A stretch of DNA of 59,415 nucleotides, counting the filler, from Sphacelaria rigidula (lineage: Eukaryota): the NCBI GenBank assembly GCA_964200075.2. It is 2 parts of 2 records of this genome, joined end to end, with 100 filler letters (N's around TTAATTAATTAA, not from the genome) between each part and the next. Parts side by side here need not be neighbours in the genome. Positions count along the whole stretch, not along the records: positions 1 to 29,698 come from CAXNAA020000075.1; 1 more part is not named here. One strand, written 5' to 3'. The stretch's first letter is position 1, and each line of letters begins with the position of its first letter. The notes below the pieces were generated by a model that worked only from the letters and a program-made list of their open reading frames with translations, ran no database searches and had not been told where the DNA came from. Below, piece by piece: positions 14,501-27,400 of the stretch. Position numbers and translations under genes: made by a program.

Positions 14501-17500
14501 ACGCTATGCTGGTTCCCTTCCATGATGTTTGCCGCGCACCACTTGTTCTGTGTGTGTGTGTGTGTGTTTTTTTTCAGGGCGTTTCAGTTTCGTTTTTGTT
14601 GGGTACGTACGTCTATCATGAGACCACGCCTGGACCCCTGGGGGATCAGTTAAAGTGCGAAAATCAATCATTCGTGTTGTGCCATTAGAAAGCATCCTCT
14701 GCATCACTTCATTCATTTCTGCCGAGCTTTTGCTGTGATCTGAGCGGTATGTTGTACTTCCTTGTGCTGGTTATTTACCCGAACCAGGTTGCTGACAATA
14801 GCGAGGAGGTCTATGCGAGACGGCTGCCTTTCAGAGCCCTTTTGGAGGACCCCTGGGCGGTGCTGGAACCACAGCTCCGGCCCAACTCCGTCGTGATGCT
14901 CGTGCCGTTGGCTGGTGCGTCCCCGTGCCTCTCTTCATGGTGCTTGATGCTTGATGCTTGTCAATCCGCTTTTCTTATTCAGTGTGTTTGTACGATCTTT
15001 CGTAGATTCTACATTTTTTTTCTGTTTTTGTTCGTTTGTTTGTTACCAGTTGTGGTGTCGTTGGTGTATTTCATGTTTCCCTTCTGGCTACGTGAACAAT
15101 CCGCACGCATACCGCTTGAGGTGTAACGCGTTGCAAGTGAACCAAAAGCGTGTTACGATATATTGCAACGTGAAATGAATGAATTGCGAACGAAAAGATA
15201 TGTCTCTTACTGGCGAACCACCAGGCAAGGCCGAGACTCCTGCTCACCAAGTAAGACTCCCCACGCCCGCCGCTCCTATCCATTATCGCGTAACGCAAAA
15301 TCCAGAGCCCTTGCGGCTAGAGGTCGGAGAGTTCTACGCTCGCCTCGTGAAGGGCATGCTGAAGCCGCGGGGAGGTCAAAACGGCACCGATCCTGCCGCT
15401 CCTGCTCCCGTTTTCTCGACCCTGAAGCCATGGTTGGATAAGATTAAGAACCCCGCGCTGGCGTGCATGACGGCCCAGACCGTTGCAGCGAGCATGTGCA
15501 GGTGACGTCATTAACGTAGGTATTGGCGTGCTGTAGATAAGCGTACGTTCCGTTTCGTATTTGGTGGATGACTTGCCCAAACATGAATATATATATATAT
15601 ATATATGTAGCGCGAATCGTTCCATAAAGTACTGTACAATTGTGTTCTGCGCTGTAAAAGTAGTTTCGCTTGCCTCTGTTGGACTTCGTTGAGAAGGAGA
15701 TTGAATGCATGTTGAGTTATCACGACAGGGAAGCACTGGAGGAGAGTCCCCGCGTGTAACATTGCTGGACCCGCAAGTGTCGAGGTATTGATTTTCATCA
15801 AGAACTCGAGTTTGAAGAGAAGCGTAACCGAAGAGGGATGTTGTACGCCGTGAGCATCAGTTCCATCTGCGGTGTGTGTCATTAATTATGTACTAGGAAT
15901 GCGTGAAATGTCAAGTGCTGGTCAAGTGTTTCCCACGTGGGACAGGTCACTATCTGTGTCACCCGGGTCATACAGGTGGAGGGTGAACACATTTGTGTAC
16001 ACGATTCGAATGACCCAGTGCAACCAGTTATGGAACGGTCCTCGTGTTCCGGGTGTCATCGATCACGAGGGAGGTATCTTGTACGAGTCATGGGGGTACA
16101 CAGGTTGTTGTTGATGTTTTGACTACACCTGATTCGGATTACACATGTGTGCCTGAGGAGGTGGCGCACGGATGAACAGAGTATACCAATTACCTGTGGA
16201 AACCCTGGTACGAATACTCGGGTCACACAGATCACCGTCAAGCGAACTTGTACGAATCACAAGGTCATATAGAACGTTCATCAGGCCATGTGTACGGAGC
16301 AACCGAGTTCTGCACGTCACCAGCCGAAAAATGGGTAGACATTAAAACGGGTCATAAGGATACAGGTCAATCGCAGATCGCAAAGGCCATACGGCTGATC
16401 GTCGGGCAGGCTTGCGAGGGTCACCCGTGCTTCACCAACGCCGGCAATGTACACGGCGATGACTCTTCCCCAGAAAGAGGATATAGCTATATATTCTTTC
16501 TTCGTTTTCCCGCGGCGCATGAGTGCGCACCCTCATTGAGAAAATACGAAAACAGTGGTCCATACTGCCGCTGCCACATCTGAACATCTGTCTCATGTAC
16601 GCGCATCACAACATTATTCCTCACCGCCACTGCTACTGCTACCGGAGTGAAGAATTCCAATTTACGTTCCGCCACGACACTTGGCGCTAAGGGCCTGTCT
16701 TGGCACTTTTTTTTTCGATCGAAAAAATGAGGCGGTGGAATCGATCCGAGCGAAAAGTTCTCGTTCTGATGCAGTTGGGTCCGGATGGATTTTCAAGCTT
16801 TCGATCGCAAAAAGACAGTGAAATTCGTGAAACGGTACATGGTCACTTGTGTACAGTACAGTCTGTACTGTTTGCACTGCTGGCAAGCAGGGTGTCTTGA
16901 GTACGTGTGTGAGTGTTTCGTGCAGAAGGATATAAAGGAGAAGCGGGCAACGTGCAGTGCAGACAACCCAGGACTATCAGTTCTCTCTGCTTACAATGCG
17001 TTGTGAAAAGGACTCCCGCAATGTGCAGCTTTGTATTGCCTTCACTGTCCCTGAGCGTGCACGCAACTCGGTTGCCCACCGTACCAGGCAGTTCCGTCGC
17101 TGATCCCTACCATGAGAGAAGATGCGCAAGTTTTCTCCAACAAAAAATAAACAAAGCGCACCCAACTCCTGTAGTGTATCTATCCCTGTGCTCAACTCGT
17201 GCTCTATGCTGCAGGTTTGCATGGTTCTGTGAACGGGTGTTATTTGGCGTGATGGTCTGTAATATAGGAGCCAAGTGCCGCTTCGTGCCTTTCGACCGCA
17301 TGTTTTCGATCGAAAACGGTTGTTTTTTCCCTCGTTGTATCCTTCTCCGCGCGCCGCTAATCATAATTTTGAGTTGAAGCCTTCAAGGAACATAGATGCG
17401 GTGGACCTATGAGATCGTCCGAAAAAAATTCGACCGCACTTTTTCGATCGAAAACAAAAGTGCTAAGACAGGCTCTACGAGGACATGATTCAAACGTCAC

Positions 17501-20500
17501 CAAGTGAAGTCAATGCCAATGCTCAGAGCCCGCTGCTGGAGTTACTATTTGAGGGTGAAATGGGTGGGTGTTGCAATCAGCCGAGCGATGCGTGTTTTGG
17601 GAGATGATCTCGCTCCTCAGGCACATGGCACCTCCCGTTTGTTCCACACGTCTACGCTGTGTGAACGCATGCGAGCAGATCAAAGTTCCACAGTGATACT
17701 CGCACACTCCACCAATCAATCCTGCGCCAGGATTCTACGGTGGGGGTGCACTTTTCAGTCCAAACGTTTTCTGAGGCTGCACGCTACGGCCCAGATGTTT
17801 GTCATGGACAGGCTCCGATAGTGCAGAGCCTCAGAAAAAAATATGCACCCCTACTGTGGAACCGCTCGGGATGAGTATACGTACTTCATATTCCATGTGC
17901 CCTGGCTGCTACAGTCAACCTACGGGCTTGGACTTATTCGCAATGTACCCGGGCCATATAGGTAAGTAGGTGAGGAAAACTGAATACTGATGCTTGAGTA
18001 CTTGGTCCGGATCTTACGGGTGCGGGAAACTGTTTCTTGTATACTAGATTCGGATTCAACGGGTAAGGGGTTGTAGCTTTTGGTACACATGAGATTCAAA
18101 TCGCCCGGGTCGACGAGGAGCTGCTGCGTTTGCCTTAGCCGAGTTATATAGATGATAACTATGTGATGTTGTATGGGGGACATCGTTTTGCAAATCAGTG
18201 TACGCGAAAGTGTCTGTGAAGTGAGTCGTACAGCTCGTCGCTCGGGCAAATATGTATGGGTCACGCGGGTCCTATAGATAACCATCGGGCACGCGTGCAC
18301 AGGTGACAGCACACCTCGGACAGATCATGATCTATGCTCTAAATGAGCCGATCCAGATCTGTCACGAGCTGATCTGTACGGCGTGTGATCTTCAAAAGGC
18401 CGGTAAGATAATGATGATGATGATGATGATGGAAAATAACCAACTGTAAGGAGTATCAATAATGAGATGACCAGGTGATGTAAAGGAAGACTTGTAACGT
18501 ACAACTTGGTACCTTGGAGGGGAAGGGCGTACTCATCTGTTGCTTGCCTTAGCCGTTTGACCATTGACCACGGATCCCTTCCGAAACGGAGCACTTTGGG
18601 AGAAATGGTCTTGGTGTGGTTGATTCGCGTTGCATTTGATGAGTTACCGGCGATTGTTTGTTTTCTGATTGTGGGGTTGTACCCACTAATGAGAAATGAA
18701 CGGCCATCATAAGTAAAAATATACAGGCAGGTGGCGGCGCTTAGGTTTTGGGCTAAGCAACGCGTCCTGGGCTACCCCACTGTATGCTATTTGGAATCTC
18801 CGGAACTTGTGGAACGTTCCCAAAAAGTTATCAAGTTGTGACGTGAACATCGCAGGAGCAAATCACCGACCCAAATTTGCTGCTAAATGCTCAGGTCTCA
18901 ATGTCAGGAAATGTGCCAACGATATCGTTCCGGATGGCTGTCGTCGTGACACAAACCGGAGTACAAACCGGGTGTTAGTTTGTCCGATGCCCCGCCAAGC
19001 TTTTGTCGGTTGGCCAAAGTTTTCGTGCGCGCAAGGAAAGTTTGTACTTCTCTCCGATCATACTGTAGGGCTCACGCCACCGGTGATGGTCTACATGCTG
19101 TGTATGTACTCGGTCATGATCTACTAACCACACCCGCGTGTCCCCCATGTTCTTTGTTGTTGCTTTTATTCTCTCTTTTGTCTGTCGCAGGGACGTTGAT
19201 CGCTTAGAAGCCCTGAATGTGGCCATCAAACAGGCGGTGGCGGCAAGAGCTTGTGAGACAAAGACGGCAATCCCCGAGGTGAAAAGTTTCTTACGATTAT
19301 CAATAGACCACAGAAATTTTATGTGTATGCGTGTGTGTGTGTTTTTTGCAAAATAAAGGGTCAGTGGGTGTCTTGCGTAATTGTGTTATTGTCTCTTCGT
19401 ATACCCTGGACATGGGGCGATGCACTGCAATGCATTTCACGCCTGCAGTCAGTGCGATGCATTGAAATGGCTTTATGCGGCCATGAAGTTCCTCGAGAGA
19501 CTGGATGTTCGTTCCCCTGTACTTTAGAACCGTTTCTCATTTCAATACTGGCGCCGGTCACGAGAAAGAAAAGTGGGGGCGACGATTGTTTCTGTGAAGG
19601 AATTGTGTCCGAAGAGAGATGTTTGAGGGCGTGTCTTGGCCCCTTTTTTTTCCGATCGAAAGAGTGCGGGCGTTTGTTTGTTTTTTTTGCCGATCTGACA
19701 GGTCCACCGCATTTATGTTCCTTGAAGCCTTCAACTCAAAATTATAATTCAGCGCCGCACGGAAAAGAATATTTTGAACGAGAAATAATCATTTTCGATC
19801 GAAAACATGCGGTAGAAAGACACGAAGTGGCACTTGACTCTTATCTTACAGACCACCACGCCAGATAACACCTGTTCACAGAACCGTGCAAACTCCATCC
19901 AACTCATTCTCAGCTACCACCGCAACCCTGCAGCATAGAGCACGGGTCGAGCCCAGGGATAGATATACTGCACTTGTTGGGTATAATTTCTTTATGTTTG
20001 GTCGGCGAAAACTTGCGCATCTTCTCTCATGGTAGGGATCAGCGACGGAGCTGCCTGGTACGGTGGGCAACCGAGTTGCGTTCACGCTGATGGACAGTGC
20101 AGGCAGTACAAAGCTGCACGTTGCTGAATTCCTCTTAACGTCACATCGCAAGCGGAGAGAAATGATAGTCCTGGACTGTCTGCACTGCACGTCGCTCGCT
20201 TCTCTTTCATATTCTCCTGTACGAAGCACGCACACACGTACCCAAGCCACTGCTTGCAAGCAGTGCAAACAGTACAGACTGTATGTACAGTACATGAGTG
20301 ACCATGTACCGTTTCACGATTTTCGCTTCTTTTTTTTTCGATCGAAAGGTCGAAAATTCGTCTGGATCCAACTACATCAAAACGGGAAGATCCCGCTCAT
20401 ATCATTCCCACCGCCCCATTTTTTCGATCGAAAAAACAAGCGCGAAGACACGCCCTCAGTAGAAGCCGGACGCTCCGACGGCGTAAATGTGGCACTACTG

Positions 20501-21405
20501 TGTCGACCATCTCAAATATGCGACCGCGAGAGCGATGTGTTTCAGCGCCACAGTAGATCGCCATGCTCAAGCACCCGCCTCTCTGAAGCCCGCTCCCCCT
20601 GTCTTCCTGCTCGTTTCGTGATTTCTCGTTACCGCGGAATATATAGGAAGCCGAGAGTGGAGAGCCCACCCCGCCGCCTGTCACTCTCTTACCTTTGGCA
20701 CCGCTTGAGGGAGGTGACGACAGCAGCATGACTGTGAATGGAAATGACGGCGAAGACGATGATGACCTGGATGCTTCGATGACTGTGGCGGAGGATGTCG
20801 TGGAAGGACTGGAGCTCAGGGCGCTGCGGCTGCACCACCTCATCACCGCGAAGGAGTGCCTCGGGGATGACATGGCTCAGCGTCTGTCCCCCTATTTTTC
20901 GTCGAGGTGAAGTGTTTCATAGCGTAAGAGATACGCGCAACACGTAGTAGCGTACTTTCTGACGCTCATAAAACTTTTGTGCTGGTTGATGCTCGCCCTC
21001 TTCCCGCCGCTATATCCAACACTATCTTGTACTACTCAACATGGTAAGATCCAGGGTGGTGTGTGTGCTGTGTCCCTGTAGACGCGTCTCCACTCCTTGT
21101 GCAAGGATATTCGTATCCGGCGGAGAGCTTGTTATCCTTCGGTAACCCCGAACCGAACGATGCTCTGGTCCAACATGTGTGGAGCAGATGACCTCCGCCC
21201 CCATCATGTCCCCCACGCTCCGAATTCTCTCGTCTTTCTCCGTCCCCAATCAACATCCTGTCCGATTCCCCCGTCATTCTCCGTCATATCGAAACACTAC
21301 CTCAGCTTGGAAGAGCTTCTGACGAAGCTCCTCCTGTTTACCGCCGAGGAGGCCACCGACAAGGCCTTGGGCCTTGCCCCACCCACGAATAGAAACAATA
21401 CTACT

Positions 21406-21436
<31 letters not shown>

Positions 21437-24400
21437 CCTACAGCACCTCTCAGACAGTCGTTGCCGCGTCAGCCAAGGACGAGTTTTCGAGGGAGGGGAT
21501 TTCCGCAGGTGGGGAAGGAGGCGGTATGTTCGACTTTAGGCGCAAGGCTTCGCGTGCGCTGCGCGCGGCCAGGAGCATAGCGGAACAACATGGACTCGAC
21601 GTTCGCTTCGTGGAGTCTTTACTTGTGCGCCTGGCAAAGGCGTGGATCAATCAACCGAAGGCAGCCGGCGGCGGCGGCCCGGGAGGGGGCGGGGCAGCGG
21701 CGGGGTTATTTGCTGGCGGGAGTGCCGGTGGGATGGTTCTTGGAGGCGCGGAGTCGGTGTTCGCGCGGGATGCACGCGAGGTTGGTTGGTTCGTGTTCGA
21801 GTCGGAGTGTTCGATGTCCCCTGAACCATGTGTTGTTGTGTCATAGATGGTAGTGATAAGTGATGCGGGTGATGGTGACGATGATGTGCCAACGCGTGGG
21901 TCGGGTCATTTCAAGGCGTGTGCTCATGCACGACGATACCTGTCCAATATGGTGTTCTGCCACATCCCTCGATGCGAACTGTCCCACGTCATGATACCCC
22001 CAGGATGGTGTGGACGTGATATGTACCCCAGACATTGTCGCATCTACGGCGTAGTGCTGATGCCATATACATCCCAATGCACGTCCTAAGCGCATTGTTA
22101 TGGGACAACTCCCGAGTCTGCAGAGACGTCAATCTGTGCAAGGGTCGGACAAATAATGATGAGTCGACTCGTGACCGATCAATCCCTAGGCTTCATATCA
22201 GCGTTGCAGTCCAGGTACACGCAGCCCAGACACGTGNNNNNNNNNNTGGGCACTCAGGCCGAAGAAATCGTGAATTTGGTGATTTTGAGTCGTGATGATT
22301 TGTCCTGACCGTGAATCTGTGCAAAATCGGGGTTACCCGTATCTGCGAAAGTCAAAATTGTAGGGGGCCCCTCATGATTTCACAGGTTCGCTGAAATAGT
22401 TCTGTACACGGAGGGTAATTTTCTGCAGGGCTGTGGTATCGCGTAATTGTGAAGCCGAAGGAAAGTTGGGTAGTGAATCGTCCTTCAAGAACAGCTTCGT
22501 ACCGTGGTACCCTGGGGTATATATATAATGCAGTGCAGTACACTCCACCATCACAGTACGCCATCATGCCGTGCGGTATTACATGACGGTAGAGTCAGCA
22601 TTGCGAGAACAGCGTATGAGAGCAGTGCAGTACGAGTGCATTGCCGTACGTCACCCTGCGAACGCGATGGCAAAAGGAAATAGAATGTTACAGCTCCGTT
22701 CGTCGGGGGGATCTGGACGGCAGTGCAGTGCAGTATTTTACCATCGCCGCAGGGTACGGCGTCAACACTTCTCATCTGCTTGTCAAACCCCGTGGGCGCT
22801 ACCTGTGCTACGAAGCTGTTCCAGCACCTAGCGCGGGTGGGTACGCCCTGTGCTGACGTGATACTGTCTGCTGCTGCGGTTATAAAAAATCAAATGTTTC
22901 TTGCCTTATCACCGTACGTCACTTTACGTATGTCACCTTCCCACAGATTGTGGGACCCCAATTTCCCCCGGTTTGGAGCCCAAATCGAGGAAAATCGATA
23001 GATTTCGATTTGAGATCCCTCTATCTACGTTTAGATCGAGATTGGTGACTGCCATAATTAATGGTCTGAATCGACCCCGCCCCCCCTCCTACTATTCATG
23101 TCTCATGCCGACAGTTTTTCATAAGCCCTTCTACAAAGCACGTCCCATGATTTCAACACCCTGATGCATGATACACGGTGTTAATTGTCGTTCTCCCAGG
23201 AGCGCGCGGTGGAAGACGCGAAGCTTGCCCTCCGTGCGGCCTTCGTGTTAACCAAAACGTTCTCGGTCGAGGATGAGGGGGACGGAAGCGTGTGCGACTC
23301 TATCGCGTACCTCGACCTCAAGTCGCGCATATCTCTGCTGCTGGGCATCGCGAGGGACGGTCGGGACGGGAGGTGAAGTGTGACCTTTTATTGTGGTCGT
23401 GTTCCCCCTCCCAGCCCCCTACGTTTCTTTTTTCTCCTTCTTTTTGTCTTCGTCGTCACGGTAGTGGTGCTCGGCGTAAGGGGTGCAGGGTTGAAACTGT
23501 CGAGGGGCGTGTTATGCGATGCACCTCATGTAGCTCATTTCATTTCACGAATAAAATCTAGTGGTCCACGCCAAATAGTGAAGTAAGTCCCTGTACGGCT
23601 GCTTTGTTGTGTGTTTCGAGCGACATGAACGACGGCCAGTAGCTAGGTCATCGCTGTTCTGGCCCCACTTTTCCGAATACTCGGCGGCTTAGTAGTGGTT
23701 AGGTGTTCAGCTGGTATTTCGACTTGAGATGAGGTGCGTTTTCCCAAAAATACGGAGCGTTTCGGTGCTGAGCAGCGATGAAATTATGACCTATCTGCGC
23801 GCGACACCGTCAGCGCTAACCCATTTTCGATCCACAACGTTTGAGAAATAAATTATGGGCGAAGCTCAAGCGCACGCAAGGTTACGCCATCGTCTTGCCC
23901 TCGTCACTCATTGCCACCAAACGGTCTGCCTGCAACTACCTTACCCTCTACGATCACATTGATTATTCTGCCGTATGCTCGGCATCTACCACTTCTTTAT
24001 CCGCAGGGTCAAGTTCAGGTCTAGACTCCGAGCCCTGCTAGCACTGTCGGCTCTCGCGCCGTCGTCTTTAGCGGAGGAGGTCATGGCCGGCGAGAAGGAA
24101 AAACAAGGGTGGTGCGCTCTAGGCGACGGGTTGAACTCGCTCACGGATTTGCGCCGGTACGTGTCTCTGGCCGCGTTGCTGCGTCGTGTTATGGGTGACG
24201 GGTGTTGTGTTCGCTAGTGACAGCGCTTGCGGTCGTCTTTTCAAAAACGTATCGTGGCAAATGCAGAATTTCGCCGAGTGGGTCGTGTGCGATTCAGAGG
24301 CATCCTAATAAATCAATGATTGTGCCTGGAATTGAAGGCTGGTCGCTGTGCCATCCTACCCGCAGCCATATTGTACTGGTTGTTTATGGTTTTTCAAGAA

Positions 24401-27400
24401 ACAAAGACTCTTTTCTCGAGCTAGATGCAGTTTTTCCTAGCCTTCACTCTTTCTTCTCCATCTACATGTATGAAGCAGTCAATCTCTCCGTCCTCCCCCG
24501 GCCCCGCCCCCGCCCTCCCTGTATTCCGCTCTCTCGCCCTCAGAGGGTTGCTTGTCGATTGCGTTTTTAGCCTCATTTCCATATGAAAGATCATGTTACC
24601 CCATCCTCTCACCACGTGCCCTCATCCTTACATCGTGCAGGAACATGGAATACATGGCCGAGCTCGAGGAAGCAAGACTGCCGCAGAAGCTGGAAGAGGT
24701 GGCCGCTTGTCCCCCTGATGACATAGTTCGCGCCCTCCGCAGGGACCACAGGTGAGCGCTAAACGCTTTGATGCATACGCTTTGACGGTGACGGGCATCA
24801 CGCTCCAAGGCTTCGCTGCTCACTCTGCCTGGCGGTTATGTAGGCCTCGGACGCCTTGGTACACAGTGCGTTCTGGCTCATAGCGTTGGCCCTGTGCAAC
24901 GGCATCTTTGCCCGCGAATGCGCAGTACCTGCGGATCTTCAAAGCATGGATGCTGTCACAACGCCCACGTATGACGTACTCATGTTTGCCGTGCATTTGG
25001 TACGAATAAGTAGCGCGAAACGGATCCCGCCTTGAATCGGCCCTCCTTTCATCCACCCTGCTTCTGTAGGTGAGAGGCGTTTTTTTCTGTGCAATGCCCA
25101 CCACTTTCAGTAGGACTTGCTCATCCAATATTGGTTTTTCCTGCGGGACATGAGAGTGGCACTAGCTGCTTCGCAAAGGGTCAACCCATACTTTTGTTGT
25201 TCATTACCCCTTCCCTACATGACTGACACCTGCCGTTTGCTTTGGTCAGGGGAGAGCTCGGGTTGATACCGTTGCTGTGTGACATGCTCCTGGATGCTCG
25301 ATGCGGGGACACTGCTCTTTGGTCGCCTATCCTCGCGGACGCGTGCCGGTACCCGGACCTCTGCCGAGTGCTGATACTGAGAGTGTTCCCTCGGTTGGCA
25401 CGGTCTACCGTGGCCGATGCCTTCGCGCGTAGTGCCTCGCTTTTGGCCCCTTCGTGGGAGGAGGTGAAGTTTTTAGATTCAGACGTCAAGTACCACAACG
25501 TTACCCAAGTGTTTTCCAAAATGCTACAGCGCTTCTGCGACGTGGGAACAAACCTCGACGTACTGATACCACCAAGGGCAGTTTTGTGAAGGTCAAATAC
25601 GATAATCTTTTGAAGCAGTGGGCGTAGTTGTCGTTGTTCGGGACAACTATACCTGGCGTGGTCCTCTGCTACGCCCATGATGAGCTAGTGTGTATATTGT
25701 GCGTATTGTCATGTTGGTATTTCTTTGCCAGGCTAACGCTGTTCTCCGCTTATCAGACCCCGTGTGAAGGTATCCTTGATCCACCAAGTTGTGAATGGGA
25801 GACGTGGTATTTTTCGTTTTCTTCGTTTTCGGTGAAATCAGAGACGGTTCGATCGGCCACAAGTGAACGGATCCCGATCTACCAACCGCCAGATTCCCTG
25901 ACGCTGTTTTTCCCATGTACGTAAATATTTACACGTACCATTTCATATTTTTCACCACGTTTGCGGAGTTTTCTCTGGCAGCAAGGCATTTTTCCCCGCG
26001 CTCAGTTTTGCAGCGCACGAAGAAGTCGCAGCAGTACATTACCGCTCATGTTTGGGTGTCATCTGATACCTGTGGCGCGTTTTCTAGCCACCAAAAGTTG
26101 CTTAAACTGGCCCTTTCTCGCGGGGTGTCGATCCCGAACCACAAAGGATAGGTTCGTCCGAACAGGATAATTTTTGGCGGAGTTTTTTCCCACCGTGTTT
26201 CTCTTTGTCGCGTTCTCGTTGATTTGGGAGCACTACGACAGCGGTTATGCAGCGAATATCACGAGAACATGAGAGCGAAGCAGTTGAAAACAGTTGAACA
26301 GTGCCTTGGCCTTAGTCAGCAGCAGACACAAGTCGCATGATCTGATTGGTGAAGTGGTTATGGGAACCCAACATTCCTTATAATCGTTATACCTAGAACA
26401 AGACCCACGGGTCCTGTCCATAGGAAACTTTAAACCACGAGGAAAGTTACTCGGGTGTCCGCTAGACTGCTGTAGGAGATGTTGAACTCTCTGTGTACCT
26501 CGGGAGCGACGAAGCTATGTTGACGCTCCACGCCCAAAGCCAACGCACTCAATGCCACCAATCGGGTGTCGGGTAGACTGCTCTAGGAGATTTATTGAAC
26601 TCTCTGTGTACCTCGGGAGCCACAGAGGTATATTTACTCCCAAGCTCAAAGCCGACGCACACAATGCCATCAAGCTCACAGAACGCCACACCACAAACTG
26701 TCAACAGGTGGCCTAGACATGGTCCTGCATGCAGCGCTACACCATCTGCAGATGGATTAGCGTTGGTCTGTTGTGTATATATATTTTGGACTCGCGTCAC
26801 CCCCGGGAGGTCCGTACCAACCTCCCGAAGGGGAACCTTGTGTGTGTATATATATAATATCATTTCGTTTTTGCCCTATTTTAATGGCCTTCTTTTCTCA
26901 CTCCACTCCAATACATATACATCGCCCTAGGCTTTGCGGTGCCCCTTAGAAGAGCTCAAAGCCAAAGAGGAACGCCGCCGCAGGAGGGCCGCAGCTGCCG
27001 CTGCAAGACCCGCAGCGCTAGGCCTCGGCGGACTCTCTGGCACCGCTGGATCTACATCTTTCAGGGCGTCGCTTTACGCCATGAGTAGCGTCAGCGGGCC
27101 CGGCGGTGCGGGCCGAAACGGCCGCGCGAGGTCAAGCATTCCGGCGGCAGCGGTGGGGGAAGGTTCCGCTGCTGGTGGGAAAAGCGCGGATGATGGCAAG
27201 GACAGCCGGGAGGGTGACAGTGAAAAGGAGATCGTTGACCACGTACGTTGTCGTTGTATGTTTTGCTTGCTTACTTGCTTCCTTGAGCAAAAAAAACAGG
27301 CCTTGCTCCCGTTTGTCGTTTTCGAGCGCGTGATTATTTGGATGGTGGGTAGTTGGTTGTACGCCTGATTTTTGGTTGAAACAAGCAAATCTTGTATACC

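Noticed and set aside
20063-20731. 222-aa plus-strand ORF
   Set aside because: Mostly lies within the non-coding MITE copy and overlaps a Rod exon in a different frame.
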